DNA from: a virus
Lineage: Duplodnaviria; Caudoviricetes
Reading direction: 5' to 3' (one strand)
Length of the DNA: 26,404 nucleotides
Virus record (IMG/VR): IMGVR_UViG_3300044475_000016
Span: 1-26,404 of that record
The notes beneath the pieces were generated by a model. The model searched no databases. It saw only the letters and a list, made by a program, of their open reading frames with translations, and was not told the DNA's origin. The position numbers were made by a program, and so were the translations under genes. This document shows positions 1 to 8,309 of the stretch, piece after piece (the stretch's first letter is position 1; the number at the start of each line of letters is the position of its first letter).

Positions 1-616
1 TAGGGTAGTACGGGGAGCGTACAGCGAAGTCAGAGGACAACACTGTACCGTTAGTAAGTGTGACGCGAATGCGGTAGGTGCGTCCAGTCGCGCCCGCCTT
101 AACCCATACCACGGCGCGGTTACGGTTAGCGTCGCTGTCGTAGCGTAGGTAGTCGTAGCCCAGCGTTGGAGGGCTCGCCTGCGTCGCCGTGCTCACCTGC
201 CCAACGCCCGCCAGAACGAGGAAGCGGCCCGCCACGGTCTGCGCCGCCACGCCGTTTACAAGCTGGCTCAAGGCCCCAGAGCTTGCACTCACGGTAATGC
301 GCACGCCATCGCGTTTGCGGTACAGCAGCACGGGCGGTAGCCCACTCGGAGAGGCTGCCTTGCGTGTTAGTAGCGCGTACTCTTCGCCCTCGATCTGCAC
401 ATCCTTGCACACCCAGTCAGCAAACTCTGCGCCAGCCGAGGCCCCGCCTAGAAGGGAGGAGCCCACGGCCACACTACCAGCACGGCGGCAGAGTCCGTGG
501 ATTGGGTCGCTGACCATATTGATCTGCTCAGTGTGCTGTCCGTCTAGCCGCACCTCTGGGGGCTGCTGACTGACACCACGCAGCAGGGTTGGCAGTACGT
601 CGCCAGTCTTAGCCAT
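1..616 (-). CDS. Tail tubular protein B (nozzle), N-terminal part; runs off the left edge
   Basis: Absent from the ORF track because it has no stop in the window. ATG at 616, AGGAGG at 621-626. Translates MAKTGDVLPTLLRGVSQQPPEVRLDGQHTEQINMVSDPIHGLCRRAG, the typical GVSQQ...R...Q.N...GL..R N-terminus of T7 gp12-like proteins. Follows tubular A. Confidence 0.92.
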   Translation of the reverse strand, partial: MAKTGDVLPTLLRGVSQQPPEVRLDGQHTEQINMVSDPIHGLCRRAGSVAVGSSLLGGASAGAEFADWVCKDVQIEGEEYALLTRKAASPSGLPPVLLYRKRDGVRITVSASSGALSQLVNGVAAQTVAGRFLVLAGVGQVSTATQASPPTLGYDYLRYDSDANRNRAVVWVKAGATGRTYRIRVTLTNGTVLSSDFAVRSPYYP

Positions 617-624
617 AAGCCCTC

Positions 625-1215
625 CTATCGGATGTTGCGCCGCTGCCGATAGCCGCTAATGTCAGCGAGTACCCGCAGGGTTGATGGTTTGTAAAGTAAG
701 TTGGAGCGCGTGCTCCTAATGTCTTCGGCCCCGAGCGCCGCCCTCGCTGTAGCCAGGGCAGTCTCGATGCGGCTAACCTTGCCGGGATCGGCGCTGTGCG
801 TCACGCCAAAGGTAATCTGCGCTGTGTACGAAATGCACATGCGGGCCAATAGCGGCAGCTCGTCAAATGGGAGCATGCGGTGCAGGCGCAGTGTGACGGC
901 CTTGTCCCACTCGATAGACCCTGTGTCCGAGTTGTAGAGTAGGTTGCCACGTACTGCGGTTCGGGGCGCCGCATCATATGGGTCAGCGGCCAAGGTGTCT
1001 GCAGGCAGCAGAATATGCTTCGTGCCCACCTGGGGCTGCAGCGTTACTGTTTCTGTGTTGAACCACCAGCGCTGCGTCTGCAGCAGTTCGCTTGCTGTGC
1101 GCAAGTCGCGGAGGGCTGTTGGCACCAGCGGGTGACTTGAGAGCAGGTCGTTAACAGGCAGCTCTCCCAGGATGGCGAGCATGTCGTTCACTGCGTCTAG
1201 CTGTGGAGTAGTCAT
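625..1215 (-). CDS. Tail tubular protein A (T7 gp11-like adaptor)
   Basis: MTTPQLDAVNDMLAILGELPVNDL...WWFNTE...LPFDELP motifs. Start moved to ATG 1215 (GAGG upstream), because the longer start lies inside the terminator. Confidence 0.92.
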   Translation of the reverse strand: MTTPQLDAVNDMLAILGELPVNDLLSSHPLVPTALRDLRTASELLQTQRWWFNTETVTLQPQVGTKHILLPADTLAADPYDAAPRTAVRGNLLYNSDTGSIEWDKAVTLRLHRMLPFDELPLLARMCISYTAQITFGVTHSADPGKVSRIETALATARAALGAEDIRSTRSNLLYKPSTLRVLADISGYRQRRNIR

Positions 1216-1227
1216 AGTGACCTCACG

Positions 1228-1266
1228 AAAAAATAGCCCCTTCATCCATGAAGGACAAAGGGGCTA
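1228..1266 (-). terminator. Intrinsic terminator after the capsid gene (T-phi equivalent)
   Basis: Minus strand TAGCCCCTTTGTCC-TTCAT-GGATGAAGGGGCTA-TTTTTT: a GC-rich stem plus U-tract, directly after the capsid TAA TAG. Confidence 0.9.
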
Positions 1267-1273
1267 GGGCCTA

Positions 1274-2293
1274 TTAGGGCAGCAGGATACCGCCTGCGAA
1301 CTCGGCGCGGTTAGGGCCGACAGCGAAGCTCAAGTGAGCATCGACAAACCAGCACTTCTCTTTGCGCTCGTAGAACACATCGGTCTGCAGCGGGATGGTT
1401 TCACCAGCCATGATAGCACGGGTGCTAAACGCCAAGGCAGCCAGCTTGGAGAAGTCGCCGTCATAAGCGTTGCTGTTGCCAGCGTTGCTCATGAGGTGAC
1501 CCGAGATGGTCTGCAGGAAGGGCGCGTTGTTGGTGCTGTACACAGGCACGCCGTAGGTCTTGAGCACCCAGCCGTTGTTGACTTGGTTACCCGTGGCAGT
1601 CACGTACGAGGCGTTGACCAACTGCTCAGCCTGGATCAGAGTGTAGTACTCGTCAGGGCGCACCACAATGAACACATCGTCATTGCGGGGATCAACGTCC
1701 TTCTTCTCCATCTTGACCAGCAAGCGGGCCAAGGCAGCATACAGCTTAGCAGGATCGCTCAGGTCGCCGGATGCGGCCAGGGTTTCTTGCGAGCCGCCGA
1801 AGTGCCCAGCGGGCTTGCCAGCAGAGCCACGCGAGAAGGTGCTCTGTGTCAGCAGGGCAGCCTTAGCGGCTTGGATCAGGATGGTCTGGTCGAAGAACTT
1901 AGCGATCTTCTTACCGTGCTCGGTAGCGATTTCCTGGCGCACGTTCATCTGCGTTTGGAAAGGCTCAAGCAAGCCCAGCACAGCGCGGGCGTTAACCACT
2001 GTGTCGATCACCACAGGGTTGTTCTTAGAGAAGTCGTTCTTGGTACCGTCGGGTGTAACGCCGGGAGTTACCTTGCCCAGCGTGGACTCACCAATCGCAT
2101 GGTTCGTGAAGGTATCAGTACCCTGCACGGAACGCACAGGGACTTGGCCGACCATCAGCGAGCGCCGCTGCAAGGTACCCTCGACCATCCCCGTGAATTC
2201 CTCGATAACCAGTGCGCGCTGTTCAGCGGCTGTGGTATCTGCGCCATTAATGGCATTGGGGTGTACTACATTGAAGACGTCATCAAGTGCCAT
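1274..2293 (-). CDS. Major capsid protein
   Basis: T7/phiKMV-like MCP (ALVIEEFTGMVEGT, EHGKKIAKFFDQ, GVPVYSTNNAP). TAAGGAGG at 2299-2306 favours ATG 2293 (339 aa). Lies between scaffold and terminator. Confidence 0.95.
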   Translation of the reverse strand: MALDDVFNVVHPNAINGADTTAAEQRALVIEEFTGMVEGTLQRRSLMVGQVPVRSVQGTDTFTNHAIGESTLGKVTPGVTPDGTKNDFSKNNPVVIDTVVNARAVLGLLEPFQTQMNVRQEIATEHGKKIAKFFDQTILIQAAKAALLTQSTFSRGSAGKPAGHFGGSQETLAASGDLSDPAKLYAALARLLVKMEKKDVDPRNDDVFIVVRPDEYYTLIQAEQLVNASYVTATGNQVNNGWVLKTYGVPVYSTNNAPFLQTISGHLMSNAGNSNAYDGDFSKLAALAFSTRAIMAGETIPLQTDVFYERKEKCWFVDAHLSFAVGPNRAEFAGGILLP

Positions 2294-2330
2294 CATGGCC
2301 TCCTTAGATTGGGTTGGTACACCCACTGTA

Positions 2331-2358
2331 GGTGTATATCAGTAAGTGTACCGGATTG
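2331..2358 (-). promoter_or_regulatory. Putative phage RNAP promoter upstream of the capsid gene
   Basis: Minus strand CAATCCGGTACACTTACTGATATACACC, in the scaffold-capsid gap where T7-like phages carry a strong late promoter. A near-identical copy is at 5801-5827 and the core recurs at 25480-25489. Confidence 0.65.
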
Positions 2359-2360
2359 CT

Positions 2361-3131
2361 TTACAAGCCTGCGCGCTTGCCTGCTACACGGCGTTGCTGC
2401 AGCTTTGCGTACTCAGGAACGCGGTTGAGGTCGCGCCCTGGGTACTGCTTGACCAGTTCCGCTACTGCCTTGGAGTAGTCCTTGGCACTGAGGGGATTGC
2501 TGTCGGATACAGTGGCGGCGCTGGCATTGCCCGAAGCGGCGGGCTTGTGCACCGCCTGCCCCGACTTGGCTACCCACAGGTTGTGCAGGTATTTGGCAGC
2601 AGCCTTAGCAACTAGGCCCCCACGCTCAAAGCTGGCGTTAAGTTCCGCCTTCTCCTCCGCCGACGCGGTGGCGCTGGCCCATGCCTGCACTTTGTCCCAG
2701 GTATCCTTGCCTCCGACGACACCGTACACGGCGTCGGCAGTAGCCTTTGCGGCAGCCGTAGCGCGCTCAGCCGAGCGGCTGTAGCTGTCCTGGGCCAGCG
2801 CTACATGCTCCTGCCAGCCCGCAGCCTTGTCACCCATTGCGCTCAACTTGGCGCGGATCAGCGCGAAGTCCCCGGCCTTTGCCGCTTCGACTGCGGGATC
2901 ATCGGGCTTAACTCCGAGCTTGCTCAGGAATGCATAAGCTACGTCGAGGCCCACGTCACCCGTAGGCTCAAACTTTGCAGTAGGCTCGGGGGCTGGATCA
3001 ACCTTGGCAGCAGGCGCGGCCTCGGTGCTAAGCGCAACGGGTACTACAGGCTCCGGTGCGGCAGGTGCTGCCGGTGCTGGAGGCGTTACCGCTGGGGTAG
3101 GCTCATTGGATGCTTGTGCTTCTGTGGTCAT
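2361..3131 (-). CDS. Capsid scaffolding protein
   Basis: Pro/Ala-rich N-terminus, VGGKDTWDKVQAWA motif, basic C-terminus (RVAGKRAGL). Between portal and capsid. Confidence 0.9.
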   Translation of the reverse strand: MTTEAQASNEPTPAVTPPAPAAPAAPEPVVPVALSTEAAPAAKVDPAPEPTAKFEPTGDVGLDVAYAFLSKLGVKPDDPAVEAAKAGDFALIRAKLSAMGDKAAGWQEHVALAQDSYSRSAERATAAAKATADAVYGVVGGKDTWDKVQAWASATASAEEKAELNASFERGGLVAKAAAKYLHNLWVAKSGQAVHKPAASGNASAATVSDSNPLSAKDYSKAVAELVKQYPGRDLNRVPEYAKLQQRRVAGKRAGL

Positions 3132-4663
3132 TGATTCCCTTTGCTGATTGCGTTGTTAGCTGCGGCGCGTGCGCCTTCTTGTGCAGCCATTGCCTGTGTC
3201 TGCTGCTCTTGCTGTGCTTGTTGCTCTTGTTGTACCTGCTCTGGTGCCTTGACGAACTTGGTTGGAGGTACGCCGCGCCCAATAAAGATGGCGGTCATGA
3301 TCTCCTGCAGGTTCAGGGTGCCGAGTAAGTCCGGCCCGAGGGTCTGCAAACTCGCAATGTCCTGCAAGGCCAGCCGCAGATTCTCCAGGTCACCGCTACG
3401 GCTCAGCGCATCCAGGCCCGTAATGACCTGCACTGTGAGCTTTGTGTTGGCAATGGATATGTCTGCACCCTTGAGCAGAAAGGCGGCGATGTACGGCTGG
3501 AGGCTAGAGGCAAGCCGCGTATATACGCCGCCCAATCCAGTCTCAAGCTCGATGGCCTGCCCGCGAATCTCCTCGGCGGTCACGCGCTCAGCATCACGGG
3601 TCACAGCGCTGGGCATTAAGAAGCCCTGGCCTATCACGCGAATCTGCTTTTCGCTTACCGCTGCGAGTACCTGCAGGTTCTGGGCGTTGCCGAACGTGAT
3701 AGGCACCACGTCGTCCTTGAAGCCAGGAAGCGCCGCGCCGTTCTCGGATTCCTCTAAGTCCTCGGGCTTAGTCTGCCCGGATGGGTTTACCAGCCAGCGG
3801 AACTCAGAGCATAACACGCCTGCCTCAATCTCCGCTTCGGACATTGTGCTCAGCGCAGAGAACGCACCTCGGTAATCCTCTACCAAGCCAGAGCCGTAGT
3901 TGGCCTCGTCCGACAAGTTCCAGCACTCCACGCGGTATGGGCAGGTGTCATCGTTGTACGTTGCTGCGAACTCGTCGCCCAGGTCGTACTCGTTGACTGC
4001 TTGCCGCAGCTCCAGCTTGTTGGCGTCGTTGCGGCGAACAAGGGTGAACAGCTCCACCGCGGCAGTGTCCAGCGGCCTTGGCTTTCCAGAGGCCAGGATA
4101 AACGCATCGCGGGCTGCTGCGTCCAGCTCGTCAAACTTCATGCACTCTCGGATGCACAACTCCTTGACGCGGCCATCGGCGGTGCGGCGCACAACCCACT
4201 GCCGCATGCTGAACACGCGGGCATCGCCTTTATCCGGCAGATACAGGAGCGCGTTGCCCAGAACGATCAGGTACTGCAGGGCAAGGAACAACTTAGGGCG
4301 CAAGCCCCGTTGCTCTAGCACGCGGAGCGCGGACTTCTCACCTAGCGCCAGCACCGCGTCTAGCTCTGCTTCCGCCATGCCCTGCGCCAGCACAGTCTTG
4401 CGCAGCTTTGGGTCGAGGTCGAGCCGGAAGAATGGGCGACTTGGTGCGAATAGCGTGAGCATCAGCTTGTTGGCTAGATGGTTCGTAGCTTGTGCCCCAA
4501 CGGACTGATAGTCGTTAGCCAGCTCGGTGATGTTCTGGTCGAACGTGGACTCCGGGAGCAAGCGCGGTAGCGTCCACTTCGCGTAGTCCTCACAGCGATT
4601 CATGATCCCTGAGCGCTGCGCGTCCAGATCGTAGAAGGTTGCCTTTGCTGTGCGGATCGTCAT
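3128..4663 (-). CDS. Portal (head-tail connector) protein
   Basis: 511 aa with YAKWTLP, YQSVGAQATNHLANKL, RDAERVTAEEIR and LETGLGGVY motifs of T7 gp8-like portals. Confidence 0.96.
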   Translation of the reverse strand: MTIRTAKATFYDLDAQRSGIMNRCEDYAKWTLPRLLPESTFDQNITELANDYQSVGAQATNHLANKLMLTLFAPSRPFFRLDLDPKLRKTVLAQGMAEAELDAVLALGEKSALRVLEQRGLRPKLFLALQYLIVLGNALLYLPDKGDARVFSMRQWVVRRTADGRVKELCIRECMKFDELDAAARDAFILASGKPRPLDTAAVELFTLVRRNDANKLELRQAVNEYDLGDEFAATYNDDTCPYRVECWNLSDEANYGSGLVEDYRGAFSALSTMSEAEIEAGVLCSEFRWLVNPSGQTKPEDLEESENGAALPGFKDDVVPITFGNAQNLQVLAAVSEKQIRVIGQGFLMPSAVTRDAERVTAEEIRGQAIELETGLGGVYTRLASSLQPYIAAFLLKGADISIANTKLTVQVITGLDALSRSGDLENLRLALQDIASLQTLGPDLLGTLNLQEIMTAIFIGRGVPPTKFVKAPEQVQQEQQAQQEQQTQAMAAQEGARAAANNAISKGNQ

Positions 4664-5088
4664 ACGCGGATACTCCCGGTAGTCGGTGCAGTCGTTGCGG
4701 CTACGTCACCCGTAGCAACTGATCCTACTGTGCCTTGATAGGCAGCACGGCGCTTGCGTGGGCTGGTAGTAGTGTCCGGGGTAAGGCCCGCATCTTCTTG
4801 CCGCTGCGCCTGCGCTGCCAAGTCCGCCTCTGTCTGCAGACGAATCTGGTCTGCAACGCGGGCTTTCTCCTGCTCTTGCGCCATCTGGATAGCTGCCTGC
4901 CGCGCTGTCTCTGCTGCCTGCTCTTGTGCTTTACGGGCAGTCTCCTCATACTGGCGCTTCTGCTCAGCAGCCTGCCGCTCAGCCTGAGCTACAGCTTCTG
5001 CTTGGCCCTTACGCTGCTGGTTCGCGCCGTAGACTGAGGCCCCTGCGGCTAGCCCTAGTCCGATGATGGTGCCTGTGATTGCGGCCAT
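4660..5088 (-). CDS. Small virion/assembly protein preceding the portal
   Basis: Start at ATG 5088 with AAGGA RBS (MAAITGTIIGLGLAAGASVYG...). Hydrophobic N-terminus, Gln/Ala coiled coil, C-terminal GSIRV. Position equivalent to T7 gp7.3. Confidence 0.7.
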   Translation of the reverse strand: MAAITGTIIGLGLAAGASVYGANQQRKGQAEAVAQAERQAAEQKRQYEETARKAQEQAAETARQAAIQMAQEQEKARVADQIRLQTEADLAAQAQRQEDAGLTPDTTTSPRKRRAAYQGTVGSVATGDVAATTAPTTGSIRV

Positions 5089-5540
5089 GTGTAGTCCTTT
5101 ATGTACTGGGTTGATTCGATGCGGTAGCCGCTGCGTTCCAGCAAGCGTCCGAGTGCTACGTCCTTGGCAGCAAGGCTCGTTCCGAATACTGTGGCGGCAC
5201 AGCCGTTGTCGTCTGCGAGCTTTTCTACCGCCGCGAGTGGGTTGCTGCGGCCTGGGGCCACACGCATATACCACTGCTCAATAAGCCATGGCTTATCTGC
5301 CCACCACATCTTGCCAATCGAGGCGAACATTAAATGCGTATCGCAAAGAATGTAAGCGCGCACCCCGGGTATGGAGTCGTTGAGGATGAGCCGCGCACGG
5401 GCCACTGCTTCATTACGATCTAGGCGGGTGTCCCATTTCTTCCCGTCACGGGCCGAGCGCTCCACTGCCTTGTCGTACAGTTCTGGCGCCCGGATGTAAA
5501 GCTCTGCGTAGAGCTTGTGCTTTAGGGCTAACGTGTACAT
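5055..5540 (-). CDS. Conserved late protein, putative GNAT-like acetyltransferase fold
   Basis: WWADKPWLIEQWYMRV...LADDNGCAATVFGT...LLERSGY resembles the conserved gene found between RNAP and portal in phiKMV-like phages. AGGAG RBS. Confidence 0.6.
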   Translation of the reverse strand: MYTLALKHKLYAELYIRAPELYDKAVERSARDGKKWDTRLDRNEAVARARLILNDSIPGVRAYILCDTHLMFASIGKMWWADKPWLIEQWYMRVAPGRSNPLAAVEKLADDNGCAATVFGTSLAAKDVALGRLLERSGYRIESTQYIKDYTWPQSQAPSSD

Positions 5541-5541
5541 G

Positions 5542-5793
5542 TCACTCTCCTACGGTATAGCCCTTGCGGAGCTTTTCAAGTACAGCGGCGACGCCAAGCT
5601 GGAACCCAGCCTGCAACTCCGTGGTATCTGGGCCTACGGCCAAACGACTCAGGGAGTTCTCAAGGTGTGCATACATTGCTGGCGTCAGCTTGTGGCATAA
5701 GCGTACCTCTGCTGGCACGTTGTCGATAAGTGTACCAGATTGCACTGGGGGCTTAGCCGGACGGTTAAACAGTTTAGCAAGTAAGTTAAGCAT
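5542..5793 (-). CDS. Conserved small hypothetical protein, first gene after RNAP
   Basis: 83 aa with C-terminal ELQAGFQLGVAAVLEKLRKG, typical of this position in phiKMV-like phages. Confidence 0.75.
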   Translation of the reverse strand: MLNLLAKLFNRPAKPPVQSGTLIDNVPAEVRLCHKLTPAMYAHLENSLSRLAVGPDTTELQAGFQLGVAAVLEKLRKGYTVGE

Positions 5794-5800
5794 AGTAATC

Positions 5801-5827
5801 CAATTCGGTACACTTACTGATTACACC
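5801..5827 (+). promoter_or_regulatory. Inverted copy of the putative phage promoter motif
   Basis: Plus strand CAATTCGGTACACTTACTGATTACACC matches the minus-strand motif at 2331-2358 with one substitution and one 1-nt gap. Confidence 0.6.
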
Positions 5828-5869
5828 ATACCACATCTGTTGCGACGATGTAATCGTAAGCCAGTATAG

Positions 5870-8302
5870 TCAGGAGAAGAAGAAATGAGAGCGAAGAACT
5901 TCATCTAGCTGCAGCTCTCCCTTAGCAGGAGGACTACCCGCACATGGATACACATCAGCAAAATCCATGATCGGATCAAACCGCTCATACATATGCACGA
6001 ACGTGCTCCTAATAAGCTTATATAGAGTCTCTGCGTCAGCAGCATGAGTACCATAGTCATCATGGATCATAGCTAATGAATCAATACCTGCATCCTTAGC
6101 AGCAGCAGAAGTGATATGCAAGTGCGCAGCATCCATGCTATGCACAAAGTTAGGAGCTAGTCCAGAACTGTGCATGCTTGTAGAAGGCTCATCACTTTCA
6201 GTGTGCACCATGAGCTTAATCTCACCGTGCAGGCGTGTGCGAATACGGTGCTCCTCTACATCATAGTACGCTTGTGTGCTAACGAAGCCACTAGGCGTCA
6301 CCCAAGAAATAATCTCGCGCTCTTTATCCTGCTTGAGAATAGCAGTTGCTGCTTGCTTGAGCCAGTCCATTGCCTCACGGGCCTTGACCACAACGTCACC
6401 GATTGCGGGCCATGCGTAGTTCATGAGGGTCTGCGCAGCGGCGTAATACTCCAGCGGCTCAAAGCAGGGTGCTGCTCCCGTCTTGAGGTAGTCCTCGATA
6501 ACGTACATGACAGCACTGCGCTTGGTCACACCATACGGTGTGGTCATGACTGCGCGCTTAACCACGCTGCGGCTGATGCCGTGCGCCAGCCAGCGTTTGC
6601 CCAACTCGTTAAGCCCCGGGTCAGCCGTCATACGGGCGGCGGCGCGCTCAGCTACTCGGCGGTAAATGTCCTCCATCACGGTGTTAGCCGTTAGGTTCAC
6701 AGCTTGCCCGCCTACCTTGTCGCGCAGCATCGCGCTGAAATGCTGCAGTCCGTTGCAGCTACCGTCCATGCTGATTGGTAGGCGGGACTCAAAGCCGTAT
6801 GGGTCGATCTTCCAGTCCGCGTACTCAAGGCACCACGCCAGGAACTGCAGCGGGCAGTCCGCCTTCTGCCACTCCAGGTTGTTAACTGGGTCGCTAGCAA
6901 TAGCCATCAACAGCTCGTGTTTGTCCTCATGCCATGCCACGCGGTCATCAAGCGCCGCCTTGTCGAAGCCCCACTTGTTCGCGCCTTGGATAAGGAACCA
7001 GCGGCGAGCCTCCTCGGTATGCAGCGGCTTGCCCACTGCGAAGTGCAGCAGCGCCTTCTGCAGATCACTGCCCTGTGGGTTGAGGCCGTAGGTCAGCGGG
7101 TACAAGCGGCCCCGGCTGTCCGCGAAGTACACGAAGTACAGCGCAGGGCAATCTCGGAACGCCTGCCCAATGCGGGTGGCGCTGTAGTAGCGGCCAGCCT
7201 TAGCCCCGCGCAGTCTGCGGTCTAGGTGCCAGTCGCGCATCGCTGACTTCCACGTTAGGAACTCCCGCATTTCCTCGGGGCTCATGTCCTCCTTGCTAAC
7301 TCCGCTGCCAAGCCACTGCGGCACTGGGGGCTTCGGCTTCTCTGCTGCCGTTACCACTTCCCCGAAGTCCCCGCACTGTCGCACAACGTCTAGCACGCGG
7401 GTGTTGACTGCCCACGCTGTACGCTGCAGCGCATTGACAGCCGCCAGCACTATAGGCATAGGGGTGTCCTCCACTAGCTCGCGGGCGTAGCCTCGCACTT
7501 TGACTAGCCCTCGGTGGACGCGGCGCATTTCTGCGGTGTGAAAGCCACCATCCCAGAAGTTTGTCCAGTCTCGCGGAGGTTCCACGCACGGGCCGTACAC
7601 CGGGTTGGTCACAGCCATCAAGTCGGTAAGCTCTGTAAGCGCGTCCCGCACATCCGGCGCAAGGTGCACATGCAGCATGTTGTGCACGGCGGCACGCAGT
7701 CGCTTACCGTCTGCGTCTGTGGGCTGCTGGTCAATGTCGATCATGCCCACACGGGATAGCAACTCCAGCAGGTACATGCCCACTTGCTCGCGGCTGCCCA
7801 CGCCCCACTCTGCCCAAGATATACCATTCTTCTCGGCCTGCATCTTGTAGACAGTCATGCGGTGCCGTACGTTCTTTGTGCGCTTGCGGCCAAAGTCCTG
7901 CGACAGCGCATGGAAAAGGTCGGGGTTCTCCGTGTCGATCTGTGCCAGCACCAGCTCGTTGTGCACAGCGGTGCCGATGGCGTAGCCTATGGTGCGCACG
8001 CCCTTGCTGTCCGTACCATGCAGCAGCGAGTTGAGCGCAGAGCGCACCGCCAGGAACGCCACTGCCTCGGGGTCGAGTGGTAGCAGTAGCTGCACATGCG
8101 CCTGCCTTGCCCCGACTCGCTTGGCGGTTATGTCCTCACGAATAGCGTTAGCCACGGGGATGATAAACTCGCGGTACACAGAAGCCGCATACGGGTTGCG
8201 TGCGGCCTCCCCGGCCTCCTCAGCGCGCTTGACGCTGGCCTTAAAGCGGGCGATGCCGCCGTGGTACATGTTCCGTTCTACGTCTTGCTGTGTTAGCGTC
8301 AT
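5870..8302 (-). CDS. Single-subunit T7-like DNA-directed RNA polymerase
   Basis: 810 aa with DSRGRLY, motif A DGSCNGLQH, motif B RSVVKRAVMTTPYG, APNFVHSMDA and motif C IHDDYG. Ends in FFFS. Confidence 0.98.
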   Translation of the reverse strand: MTLTQQDVERNMYHGGIARFKASVKRAEEAGEAARNPYAASVYREFIIPVANAIREDITAKRVGARQAHVQLLLPLDPEAVAFLAVRSALNSLLHGTDSKGVRTIGYAIGTAVHNELVLAQIDTENPDLFHALSQDFGRKRTKNVRHRMTVYKMQAEKNGISWAEWGVGSREQVGMYLLELLSRVGMIDIDQQPTDADGKRLRAAVHNMLHVHLAPDVRDALTELTDLMAVTNPVYGPCVEPPRDWTNFWDGGFHTAEMRRVHRGLVKVRGYARELVEDTPMPIVLAAVNALQRTAWAVNTRVLDVVRQCGDFGEVVTAAEKPKPPVPQWLGSGVSKEDMSPEEMREFLTWKSAMRDWHLDRRLRGAKAGRYYSATRIGQAFRDCPALYFVYFADSRGRLYPLTYGLNPQGSDLQKALLHFAVGKPLHTEEARRWFLIQGANKWGFDKAALDDRVAWHEDKHELLMAIASDPVNNLEWQKADCPLQFLAWCLEYADWKIDPYGFESRLPISMDGSCNGLQHFSAMLRDKVGGQAVNLTANTVMEDIYRRVAERAAARMTADPGLNELGKRWLAHGISRSVVKRAVMTTPYGVTKRSAVMYVIEDYLKTGAAPCFEPLEYYAAAQTLMNYAWPAIGDVVVKAREAMDWLKQAATAILKQDKEREIISWVTPSGFVSTQAYYDVEEHRIRTRLHGEIKLMVHTESDEPSTSMHSSGLAPNFVHSMDAAHLHITSAAAKDAGIDSLAMIHDDYGTHAADAETLYKLIRSTFVHMYERFDPIMDFADVYPCAGSPPAKGELQLDEVLRSHFFFS

Positions 8303-8309
8303 CTGTTCC

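Noticed and set aside
1267-1276. Possible T7 10B-like frameshift or read-through extension of the capsid
   Set aside because: A double stop (TAA TAG) is followed immediately by the terminator, leaving no room for an extension.
1334-2428. 364-aa plus-strand ORF antisense to the capsid gene
   Set aside because: Shadow ORF expected from GC-rich codon bias on the opposite strand; no RBS or recognisable motifs.
2359-5800. Recombinase-driven invertible segment between the 27-bp inverted repeats
   Set aside because: No recombinase gene in the window, the enclosed genes are in normal order and orientation, and inversion would disrupt essential morphogenesis genes.
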